64,000 nucleotides of DNA. It comes from Longimicrobiales bacterium (GTDB taxonomy: Bacteria > Gemmatimonadota > Gemmatimonadetes > Longimicrobiales > Gaopeijiaceae). The first letter of the stretch is position 1. Each line of letters starts with the position of its first letter. The translations under genes and the position numbers were made by a program. The notes under the pieces are model-generated. The model was given only the letters and a program-made list of their open reading frames with translations. It did no database searches and was not told the origin of the DNA. The stretch covers positions 512,001 to 576,000 of the forward strand of contig CBDFIQ010000001.1 of NCBI GenBank assembly GCA_965248195.1, given 5' to 3'. Positions 1-8,365 of the stretch are shown one piece after another.

Positions 1-114
1 TCGGCGCTCAGCAGCCGACAGGATCCTAGGTGTCGCGCCGGCGGCCAACGCTCCGAGGGCGAGGTTGCCGACGAACGCGCGCCGGGACTGAGGGACTCCA
101 CCGGAACTCGTCAA
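1..114 (-). CDS. 5' part of a Tat-exported protein (runs off the window start)
   Basis: Not in the ORF track. Minus-strand TTG at 114, with GGAG about 10 nt upstream, translates MTSSGGVPQSRRAFVGNLALGALAAGATPRILSAAERR: a twin-arginine motif (SRRAFV) followed by a hydrophobic stretch. Confidence 0.7.
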   Translation of the reverse strand, partial: MTSSGGVPQSRRAFVGNLALGALAAGATPRILSAAERR

Positions 115-511
115 AGCACTGGATCTCCGTGGGGTTTGGGCGGCCGGCGCCCCTTGCTGGGCAGCAATCGGGCCGGACTGTAGAATACGCAGCGGGCGCG
201 ACGATCGCCAGCGATCCTAACCGGTGACTTGACCGCCAGAGCGCCTTGCATCCTGATTGCCTCCCGTAGAACGGCGGAGGCTGACCACAGCTGGGCTTGG
301 GGAGGGAACTTGCGGTCTCCCGGGGTTGTCGGGCCCTCGCGGTCTCCCCTACGTTGCCATCCACGCTGCACGGATCCGCTACGGATTGGTGCCGAGTGGC
401 TCGTGAGAAGGGGGCTGAGAAGAGCGGGCCACGCAGATCCTTACGCTGTCACCTCCGAGAGAAGGCGAAGCCGTCAGAGTTGGTCGGACTCGCATGATGC
501 AATGGGGAGCC

Positions 512-1636
512 ATGAGCAAAAAGAGATTCGAGTCCCTGACCGCACCCTGCACGCTTCTCATGCTCATCTCCCTGGCCGTTCTCACTGTGCCGGTTAGAGC
601 CCAGACCAATAACTCGTCCGTGCGGGGACTCCTAACCGGATACGGGTCCGTGGGCTATTCGGCGGTGCCGAGCGATCAGTTTCAGAACGACTTCACCACG
701 AAATTTGCCCCCACTCTTCTCTTCCAGGTCCATGACGACATCCTGTTCGAGGGAGAGTTCGACTTCGAACTCGAGGACAATGGGACGGAGGTGCATCTCG
801 AACACGCCCAGATCCACTACCTGGGGTTCGAGCACTTGCAGTTCTCTGCCGGCATGTTCCACCTGCCGTTCGGCGTCTGGATGCACGCGGACTGGATCAA
901 CCGGATGCCGACCCCGCCGCTCCTCTACGAGGACTCCCACGGCGCACCTCCCGAAGGCGCCCTACTTCCGCTCCCCCTCGACGTGGGTGTGATGGCCAAG
1001 GCGACCCTCCCCCTGATCGACGGGTGGAGAACCTCCGCAGCCCTCTGGGTGTCGCAGGGGCCGGCTTCGGGTCTCGGGATCCACGCTCATGGAGATGAGG
1101 GCCAGGACGACGAACCGGCCTCGGACGCTGCCCCTCTCAGCTATGGTGCCAACTTCGAAGACAACAACTCGGACAAGATGGTGGGGCTCCGGCTTCGAGC
1201 GGTCTCCGGCGGCGGACTGACCCTGCAAGGGTCCGGATTTCGCGCGGTCTACGACGAGGCCGGGGACTTGAGCGTTCACGGCCTGAACCTGTCCCTGATC
1301 TGGACCCCCGGGAGGGGGCCACAGCCCCTGCTCGACTTCCGAGGAGAAGGGATTTTGCTCATCCAGGAATATCCCGACCAGAATGCGGTGGAGTCCGTGG
1401 AGTACGGTGGATATTACCTTCAAATCAGCCGGCGGCTCGACGCATTCGAGCCCGTGGTGCGATGGTCGCACCTTCCGCGGGCTCTTGCCGGTGACGGGCC
1501 GGTCGTGGAAAGGCGGCGACAGCTCGCTGTCGGGTTGAACTACTGGATCTCCCCCTCGGTGCCCGTCAAGTTCGCTTACCACTTCGAGCTAGGCGGAACC
1601 GACGGCTTTTCCCTCGCATGGGTAGCGGGGTTCTAA
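512..1636 (+). CDS. Outer-membrane porin-like beta-barrel protein
   Basis: Signal peptide (VRA|Q), amphipathic beta strands, C-terminal Phe (WVAGF), His-containing loops. Start could be 494, 497 or 512. Confidence 0.75.
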   Translation: MSKKRFESLTAPCTLLMLISLAVLTVPVRAQTNNSSVRGLLTGYGSVGYSAVPSDQFQNDFTTKFAPTLLFQVHDDILFEGEFDFELEDNGTEVHLEHAQIHYLGFEHLQFSAGMFHLPFGVWMHADWINRMPTPPLLYEDSHGAPPEGALLPLPLDVGVMAKATLPLIDGWRTSAALWVSQGPASGLGIHAHGDEGQDDEPASDAAPLSYGANFEDNNSDKMVGLRLRAVSGGGLTLQGSGFRAVYDEAGDLSVHGLNLSLIWTPGRGPQPLLDFRGEGILLIQEYPDQNAVESVEYGGYYLQISRRLDAFEPVVRWSHLPRALAGDGPVVERRRQLAVGLNYWISPSVPVKFAYHFELGGTDGFSLAWVAGF

Positions 1637-1924
1637 ATGAAGATTCCACATCGCATGGCGCTCCTCGGATTTGCCGTCTCGCTGATGGCCGTCGGATGCG
1701 CGGGGTCAACGGGTCAGCAGCGGGTCGCCGATGTCGACCAAGGAGCTCGCATCTGGACAGGGATGTGCGTCCGCTGCCACAACCGCCGTTCGGCCCCCGA
1801 GTTCACTGTCGAGCAGTGGCCGGTCATTGTGAACCACATGCGCACCCGGGCGGACCTGACGAAATCGGAGGCCGAGGCTGTGGCCTCTTTTGTGCGGGGG
1901 CTGAGGGAGCGGGTGAACCCGTGA
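1637..1924 (+). CDS. Monoheme cytochrome c lipoprotein
   Basis: Lipobox MAVG-C, heme motif CVRCH, downstream W..IVNHMR (candidate Met ligand). ATG directly follows the porin TAA. Confidence 0.85.
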   Translation: MKIPHRMALLGFAVSLMAVGCAGSTGQQRVADVDQGARIWTGMCVRCHNRRSAPEFTVEQWPVIVNHMRTRADLTKSEAEAVASFVRGLRERVNP

Positions 1925-2116
1925 AGCGACCGGCGCCGGGGCGGGGAGTGGCGCCATCTCTTTGCCGACTCGGATCACTACCCGATCAATCCATAGCCTG
2001 CACGCCGATTCAGAACTCGGTCTCCCGGGCTGTTGGAGAGGGGGAGTGACACCGGATCCGGCTCACCAGAGTTAGTCGCGCTTGCATAGCGCGTGGGTCA
2101 AGAGGACATTGGGGGT

Positions 2117-2962
2117 ATGAACAGAAAGTCGGACCCGCTGGCATTGTTCCGTGCGCTCCATGGGCGCCGCGTCTGGAGCGTTGCGGTGGCCTACCTCGTC
2201 GTCGGTTTCGGACTCGTCGAGGCCTCGGAGCTCGTTTTCTCACGCTTCCAGCTACCAGCGACTGCAGTAGACGTAGTCCTCGCCGTCCTCCTCTTCGCAT
2301 TTCCGGTCGCCCTGCTCTTGGCTTGGAAGATTGGGACCGACGAGAAGGGCATTGAAGTCCCGGCCGTCTTTCCGCTGTTTGCCCTTCTTCTTGTTGGCAC
2401 CGGGTCTGCGTGGCTGGGAGTGCGGGTGCTCCAAACCGGCCAAGCCGAAACACCCGCGCCTCCCGGTGCGGAGCCGCTAGTCGTTTTGATGGACTCTCCG
2501 CATCCTGCCAGGGTCTACGACGAGGAGACGCGGGCCGTTAACGGAACCAACGCCGACGTACTCAGGGACATCCTCCTCGATCTTCCCATTCGACGCCAGC
2601 GGGAATCGATCGGTCCGGATTGGCATCGTGACGAGGAGATTCTTCAGTTCGATCCCGACTTGATCGTGATTCACTACTCGGGCTTCCGGCAGGAGGACGG
2701 TACCGGGCCGCGCGCGCGACTGAAGCTGCTGATCAGCTACTTCGCGGAGTCGGATACCCGCTTCCTAGTCTATAGTCGAGCCAACGAGGAGGCCCTCGGA
2801 CAGAACATGAGGGACCTGCTTTCGGACTTGGAGGCAGAGTACCCAGGCCTAATGTCGCGGATGGGCGTATTCGGACTCTTGGACTATGGTCCTCCTAGCT
2901 GGCTCAGCCCCTTGACGGCGAATCCGATCAAGCTACGCGTCAAGGAGATACTCGGCCTTTAG
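2117..2962 (+). CDS. Membrane protein (3 N-terminal TM helices plus a soluble alpha/beta domain), function unknown
   Basis: N-terminus RRVWSVAVAY...FPVALLLAW; C-terminal domain contains PDLIVIHYSGF. Confidence 0.7.
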   Translation: MNRKSDPLALFRALHGRRVWSVAVAYLVVGFGLVEASELVFSRFQLPATAVDVVLAVLLFAFPVALLLAWKIGTDEKGIEVPAVFPLFALLLVGTGSAWLGVRVLQTGQAETPAPPGAEPLVVLMDSPHPARVYDEETRAVNGTNADVLRDILLDLPIRRQRESIGPDWHRDEEILQFDPDLIVIHYSGFRQEDGTGPRARLKLLISYFAESDTRFLVYSRANEEALGQNMRDLLSDLEAEYPGLMSRMGVFGLLDYGPPSWLSPLTANPIKLRVKEILGL

Positions 2963-3083
2963 CAGGAGGCGTAGCTCGTCGGGTGTGGCCCGGTGTGACG
3001 TTAGATGCCACTTCAAGTAGTGTCGGAAGTCGACCTCCCGTTACGTTGGGCGATCAAACCGCTCCAGGCTGGAGGTGGTGAAA

Positions 3084-3542
3084 ATGGGCGTGGACGTCTC
3101 GACCGCGATCACCATAGTTTGTCCGCGGCTCCGGGTGAGCGATTTCGCAGGGGACCCGAGCAACGCGCCGGAATGGTACGTGAATATCAAGTCGGTCGAC
3201 TGGGTGACCGAGCCCATACCCGAGATCGGATCTCGCGTGGCCTTCGTCGCCCGTTTCCTTGGACGCCGCCTCGCCTACACCTATGAGATCACCGAGTTGA
3301 AGCCTGGCCGTCGAATGGTCATGCGAACGGCCGAAGGGCCCTTTCCAATGGAGACTATCTATACCTGGGAGGATGCACCCAAGGGCGCCACGAGAATGAC
3401 ACTCAGGAATCGAGGCCAGCCGTGGGGCTTCTCGCGAATCATGGCCCCTCTCATGGTCTTGGCGATGCGGCGGGCAAATCGGAAGGATCTGCGACTCCTC
3501 AAGGCGATTCTGGAGAGCCGTGGCTCCGCGGCAGAAGCATGA
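3084..3542 (+). CDS. SRPBCC / polyketide cyclase-like ligand-binding protein
   Basis: D-P-S-N-A-P-E-W motif, beta sheet plus long C-terminal helix ([10 protein letters not shown]); GGAGG RBS. Confidence 0.85.
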   Translation: MGVDVSTAITIVCPRLRVSDFAGDPSNAPEWYVNIKSVDWVTEPIPEIGSRVAFVARFLGRRLAYTYEITELKPGRRMVMRTAEGPFPMETIYTWEDAPKGATRMTLRNRGQPWGFSRIMAPLMVLAMRRANRKDLRLLKAILESRGSAAEA

Positions 3543-3640
3543 TGGTGGTTCGTGGGAGGCTTCCGGAAGCTCCCCCGGATGAGGGCTATCACTTCACGAG
3601 CGCGACCCACGACCATGCGGTGACCACAACGTTCGTTCCA

Positions 3641-5164
3641 CTATCGGGCGCCCGCGCCGCCCTGCGCCGAGGGGGTGGACGCGGGTTCGAGATCCGCACG
3701 ATCGAGCTGGTTCACGCCGTCGATGATCCTGGCGTAAGCCCGCACGATCTGCCCGAGGCCCACGGCCGGAATCCAGTCCGGTGTGTCCTGCTCGGTATGC
3801 TTGATCTCGGGTGAGGTGATGACCTGAATAGACGGAACGTCCCGGGCCATCCTGCCCATCTCACCTGACGCGCCGGGCTCCATGTCTCCTGTGACCGCTA
3901 CGTTCAAGCGGTTGAAGGAGTCGAGCACGGTGCCGAGCAGTCTGTCACTGCCCCACACCCACCACCGCATGGGGGAGACCGCGTTCGTCTTACGCAGAGT
4001 CGGTCCCCAGTACTTCGTCCGCACGATGGCCACGTGCTCCAGATTGATGGCGAGCACGGTGTTCGCGAGCGCGGTCTCGAGATTGTCGTGGAGCCAACGG
4101 GTGCCCGGCCCGGAGTGATGCCCCACCGAGCCGAGAAAGCGGATGGTGCGCCGGCGCTCGAACTGGGGAACCTTCGCGAAGTGCTCGAGCAGGCCCATCA
4201 TGGCGGCAAGCCCCGACGCGTTGTCCGAGGCCGCTTGGAAGTAGCCGTCCATGTGCGCGATGATGAGGATCTCCTCATCGCTCATCCCCGGAAGTGTGCC
4301 CCAGACGCTGGACGCCTGGAGGCCTGCAACCACCTCGCTCTGCATCTCGAGGTTCACCGTAACTCGCTCGCCCCTCCCGAGCAGCTCACGGAGCATCAAG
4401 CCGTCCTCGTACCCGAGGTTGAAGCCCGGCCTACCCGAGGTCCGTTGCCAGACCGCGAAGTTATCCGAGATTCCGTACACGATTCCGACCGCCGCCGCCC
4501 CGTACTCGAACGCTCGGGCAACCGACCCCTCCGTTCGAATCGAATGCCGGAGCGTACCCGGCCTCGGAATATCCATGATCAGCACGGCCTTTCCACGAAC
4601 ATCGCGCCCGATGTAGTCGGCGTCGCTACCGGTCCCGAGCCACACCAACTCGAAATCGAGCCCGCCGGGAGGCGTCGATTCAGCGCCCTGCGGCGGTCGG
4701 GCAGACTCCAGCTCGAACGATCGGACACCTGCGCCGAAGGTGATCGTCCAGCTCTCGGGCTTCCACTGCGGCCCTACGTCGAAAGACTGCCGGTGTACGT
4801 CCTCCAGGCCGTTCGCGCGGAAGTATCGCTCGACCCAGTCCTGCGTCTCCTCGTGGCCGACTGTGCCGATGTTCCGGCCCCAGAAAACGTTGCCGCGGTC
4901 CCGATCGGCGAGAGAAATCGCGTCGACCTCCATGACAATGGACTTCAGCCGATTCCCATCGATATCTGCATATTTCTGGTCATCGGCCCGTAACGGGATC
5001 TGGATGAAGGCGTCGTCCCGTACGTCGCCGGAGGAGTCGAGGAGCGGTTGTCCCAGAGGGTTCGGGGCGTTCTGAGCGGTCAGGGAACCACTCGTGAGGA
5101 CCGCGAGAATCGCCATTGCCCCCAACATTCGCCCACCATGGCACCGCTCTTGAACGGGGACCAT
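3641..5164 (-). CDS. Secreted M28-family metallopeptidase-like protein with PA domain
   Basis: Signal peptide, PA domain (DVRGKAVL...GAAAV), AHMDG and SDNASG motifs, KHTEQD. GGAGGT RBS 7 nt before ATG 5164. Confidence 0.8.
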   Translation of the reverse strand: MVPVQERCHGGRMLGAMAILAVLTSGSLTAQNAPNPLGQPLLDSSGDVRDDAFIQIPLRADDQKYADIDGNRLKSIVMEVDAISLADRDRGNVFWGRNIGTVGHEETQDWVERYFRANGLEDVHRQSFDVGPQWKPESWTITFGAGVRSFELESARPPQGAESTPPGGLDFELVWLGTGSDADYIGRDVRGKAVLIMDIPRPGTLRHSIRTEGSVARAFEYGAAAVGIVYGISDNFAVWQRTSGRPGFNLGYEDGLMLRELLGRGERVTVNLEMQSEVVAGLQASSVWGTLPGMSDEEILIIAHMDGYFQAASDNASGLAAMMGLLEHFAKVPQFERRRTIRFLGSVGHHSGPGTRWLHDNLETALANTVLAINLEHVAIVRTKYWGPTLRKTNAVSPMRWWVWGSDRLLGTVLDSFNRLNVAVTGDMEPGASGEMGRMARDVPSIQVITSPEIKHTEQDTPDWIPAVGLGQIVRAYARIIDGVNQLDRADLEPASTPSAQGGAGAR

Positions 5165-5232
5165 CAGATCTACCTCCGATACCTGCGTGGAGGCTCCTTG
5201 CGGCGCTCGGCCAGGAAGGCAACGACCTAGCA

Positions 5233-6738
5233 TCACTGCACCCCCGAAAGAACCTCCTCGAAGGTCTCGACGGAGATTCCGACCGCCAACTGGTCGATCA
5301 CGGCGCGCCGGATCCGGATCCACTCGTCGTCCCACTCGCCCAAGTCGAAGAGGCGGGCGTTTCGGTTGTTCAGCCGGAGCTGCCAGGGGTCACCGTCGAA
5401 CACGCCCTCGCGAAACGATCCCTCCTGCTCTGCGATGATGGTGAATTCTGCGACAGCCCGGCCATCCAGGTTCACAAGCATGACGTCGGCCTCGGCGCGC
5501 ACGACGCGCTCGCCTGAGGTGACGCGGTAGGTCACGGTGTCGCCGATTTCATACGTCACCCATCTCCGGCTCGAAGTCCTGCCGGAATTCTGGTCGGAGC
5601 TTCGGCCTCCGCCCCAACCACGGCCCCGGCACTCGTCACCGCCCAGACCCGCTCCGCGGCCACGGTCCCGCCCCCGGCCCGGTCCGTCACATTCGTCGCG
5701 GCCCGCATCCCGCCCCCGCCTCCGGCTCAGATCCTGCCTCCGGATCACGGCTGTGCGTTCCTTGACCTCTACGTTCTCATCCGAGATCCTGATCGAGGTG
5801 ACTTCGACCATGACACCGTAGTCCGCGCCGATAAGATTGAGTGCCCGGCCCACCAACGCGGAGGACTGGGGGATGCGTCCGCGCAGCAGCCCGCGGAGCT
5901 CCCGGCGCAGAATGTTGGCATCCGCCATCTGCACGAACGGCGGGGGGTCACGCCAATACCCTGTCTCCATGCCTTCGTCGAGGTCGACCTCGAGCTCGGC
6001 ACCCACGATGTCACGGACCCGCCCGGTCGCGGACACAGGGAGCGCGGCCACGACCACCGTCCCCATCGCCAACGTGCGATCCTGAAGCCCACGTACTTCC
6101 AGAACGATGGGGCGAGGGGTCGAGCGGCGCACAGACAGAGCCCGCTCGGCCACGCCGTAGGCGGCTCTCGGCCTACGGTCCCCCAGCTCGACCTCGGCCC
6201 AGTCGATGATGACACGTGTTTGCGCATCGAGAGAGGCCTCCCTCTGGTCCCGCGACGGCGAGAAGTTGTCCCGCACGGAAGCGAACGCTCGAATGGCATC
6301 CTCCCATCGTCCCTCGCGCGAAGCGTCCTCGCCCTCGACCATGTACCACCCGATGGCCCTTTCGAAGGCAGTCCGGCGGGCCACCCGGTAGCCGTCAGGC
6401 TCCAGGAGCCGCATTCCGACCGAGCGCACACGTGACATGAGCCGATCGATCGCCTGGAACTGACGAGCGGCGCCAACCGGCTCACCCCGGCCATCGACAT
6501 AATCGGCCTCTTCAAGAGCGAGCATTATCGCCGAATCGCCCACGATCAACAGCCGGTCTCTGGCCTCCTGAAGCGACGAGTCTCTTTCCACCGCGTCCGC
6601 ATACCGGTACGCGGCCTCCATGTACCGGCCCTGGGCCTGAAGCTCGAGCCCGTCGTTGAACCGGTCTGTCGCCGACGCGCACGCCGTGGCGAAGAGGAGC
6701 GGAAATGCGAAAAATAAGCTTCTGCGTGTCGTGGCCAT
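5233..6738 (-). CDS. TPR-like lipoprotein
   Basis: Lipobox FATA-C, TPR-like helical repeats, Gly/Arg low-complexity insertion. Confidence 0.75.
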   Translation of the reverse strand: MATTRRSLFFAFPLLFATACASATDRFNDGLELQAQGRYMEAAYRYADAVERDSSLQEARDRLLIVGDSAIMLALEEADYVDGRGEPVGAARQFQAIDRLMSRVRSVGMRLLEPDGYRVARRTAFERAIGWYMVEGEDASREGRWEDAIRAFASVRDNFSPSRDQREASLDAQTRVIIDWAEVELGDRRPRAAYGVAERALSVRRSTPRPIVLEVRGLQDRTLAMGTVVVAALPVSATGRVRDIVGAELEVDLDEGMETGYWRDPPPFVQMADANILRRELRGLLRGRIPQSSALVGRALNLIGADYGVMVEVTSIRISDENVEVKERTAVIRRQDLSRRRGRDAGRDECDGPGRGRDRGRGAGLGGDECRGRGWGGGRSSDQNSGRTSSRRWVTYEIGDTVTYRVTSGERVVRAEADVMLVNLDGRAVAEFTIIAEQEGSFREGVFDGDPWQLRLNNRNARLFDLGEWDDEWIRIRRAVIDQLAVGISVETFEEVLSGVQ

Positions 6739-6832
6739 GGTCGATCCTTACCCCGAGCCCGTGGAATTGTCGCATGCAATCATGTCTCTTCTCAAGTTTC
6801 GAATCGCAACAGCGACGGCGCAACAATTTTTC

Positions 6833-6858
6833 GTCACAATCTTCACCGTCCGCTCGTT
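6833..6858 (+). promoter_or_regulatory. Putative ECF sigma promoter GTCAC-N17-CGTT
   Basis: gtcacaat...cgttctc upstream of the ECF gene; same motif and spacing at 10721-10746. Confidence 0.6.
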
Positions 6859-6925
6859 CTCCTATGGACGGGGGTGGCGAGGCCCTTGCCCCGGTGGGGC
6901 GCCCGCGTCAGATCCCTTCGAAGGG

Positions 6926-7480
6926 ATGACGCCTGTGCGAAAGGAGCGTTGCGCTACTTTCGGAGATCCGAGCCACGTGAGCTTTGAAGCGACATTCGAG
7001 GAGCTTTATCCGGGCCTGTTCCGGTACTGCCACCGATTGACCGGCGATCCGGATCTGGCCGACGACGTGGCCCAGGAGGCCTTCGTGCGGCTGTACGACC
7101 GTCGGGTGGAGGGGACGGAGGAAGGCCTTCGAGCGTGGCTCTTCCGTACGGCCACGCATCTGGTGCGGGATCGGCACCGCGTGGGCGAAAACCGACGGCG
7201 GCTTCTCGAAGCCCATCCCGTCGAGCCGGGCGGCCCGGAGCCTCCCGACGAGGCGGTTCAAAGACAGGAGCAGGTGGCCCATGTGCGTAAGGCACTGGAA
7301 CACCTGAGCGAACGAGAACGGGAGATGCTGCTCATGCGGCACGCAGGCTTCAGCTATCGAGAAGTCGCTGAGGCGGTCGAGGTCGCGCCGAGCTCGGTGG
7401 GCACGCTACTGGCGCGTGCCGAAAGGAATTTCGTGAGTGTTTATAAAACTCCAGGAGAGAGTGATGTCGCACCTCGATGA
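6926..7480 (+). CDS. ECF sigma-70 factor
   Basis: Region 2 (DDVAQEAF, AWLFRTA) and region 4 (LSERER, GFSYREVAE, SVGTLLARA). Start is ATG 6926 or GTG 6977. Confidence 0.92.
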   Translation: MTPVRKERCATFGDPSHVSFEATFEELYPGLFRYCHRLTGDPDLADDVAQEAFVRLYDRRVEGTEEGLRAWLFRTATHLVRDRHRVGENRRRLLEAHPVEPGGPEPPDEAVQRQEQVAHVRKALEHLSEREREMLLMRHAGFSYREVAEAVEVAPSSVGTLLARAERNFVSVYKTPGESDVAPR

Positions 7481-8321
7481 CGGACGGCTTCGTGCCCTGA
7501 TGGACGAGGAGTTGGGCGACGCGGACGCGGGTGCGCTGCGGCTTCACCTAGAGGATTGTGACGCCTGCAGGGATCGCATGGCCGAGCTGGAGGAACGCTC
7601 CACGCTGGTCGTCCAGGCGCTCCGGCTGCTCGACACGGCCGCACCCTACGCAGGAGCGCGCGACGCGGTGCTCGAACGCATCGGGTCGTTGCCTGGTGAG
7701 GCGCGGGTCGGCCCGACCCGACCCGTGGCTTCGGTGCAGCGCGCTGGGTCGAAGCGCGGTGCGACGGCGCTCCGCACATCGCTCGCCCGCGCCGCGATTT
7801 TGGTGCTCTTCTTAGGCGTCGGGGTCGTGACGGCGCTGCCGGCTTCACCCGTACGCGGGTGGATCGCCGCCGGCTGGGCGCGGGCCGCTGATCTCTTCGA
7901 CTCCCAGGACGAGGCAGGGACCCCGGTCGGTCCCACCGAAGAGGCCACTCCCTCGACTCCGGACGGAAGCGTCGGGACCCAGAGCGGCACTCCCGCGGGG
8001 GTGCGACTCGACGCCACCCCCGGGGAAATCTCGATCGTGCTACGTGGGATCGGGTCCGGCACCTTGATCGTGGTCCGTTTGGTTCCAGGTGGAGAGGCCG
8101 GCGCCTTCGCCGACGACCCGGCCACCTTCCGCACCGCCGAGGGACGCATCGAGGTGATCGGCGCGGCGGACCGCGTTCTTGTGGATCTCCCTCAGGACGC
8201 TGCCGCCGCATCGATTGAGGTGAACGGCGGTATATACCTCAGAAAGGAAGGCGACCGGATCGACGTGACCGGTCCGATCGAGGCGAGAACGACCGAGGAA
8301 ATCCACCTGAGGGTGCGGTAG
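7464..8321 (+). CDS. Zinc-binding (zf-HC2) transmembrane anti-sigma factor
   Basis: H-x23-HLEDCDAC motif, one TM helix, periplasmic domain. Overlaps the sigma gene end; AGGAG RBS. Confidence 0.88.
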   Translation: MSHLDDGRLRALMDEELGDADAGALRLHLEDCDACRDRMAELEERSTLVVQALRLLDTAAPYAGARDAVLERIGSLPGEARVGPTRPVASVQRAGSKRGATALRTSLARAAILVLFLGVGVVTALPASPVRGWIAAGWARAADLFDSQDEAGTPVGPTEEATPSTPDGSVGTQSGTPAGVRLDATPGEISIVLRGIGSGTLIVVRLVPGGEAGAFADDPATFRTAEGRIEVIGAADRVLVDLPQDAAAASIEVNGGIYLRKEGDRIDVTGPIEARTTEEIHLRVR

Positions 8322-8365
8322 CGCGCGGCCCGTGGGATTGAGATTGGAGGAGACCTGGTAGACCG

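Noticed and set aside
395..480. GGGGGCTGAGA upstream of the porin, resembling a TPP riboswitch
   Set aside because: The downstream CCC...ACCTGA...GCGTAGG elements are missing; an Rfam scan would settle it.
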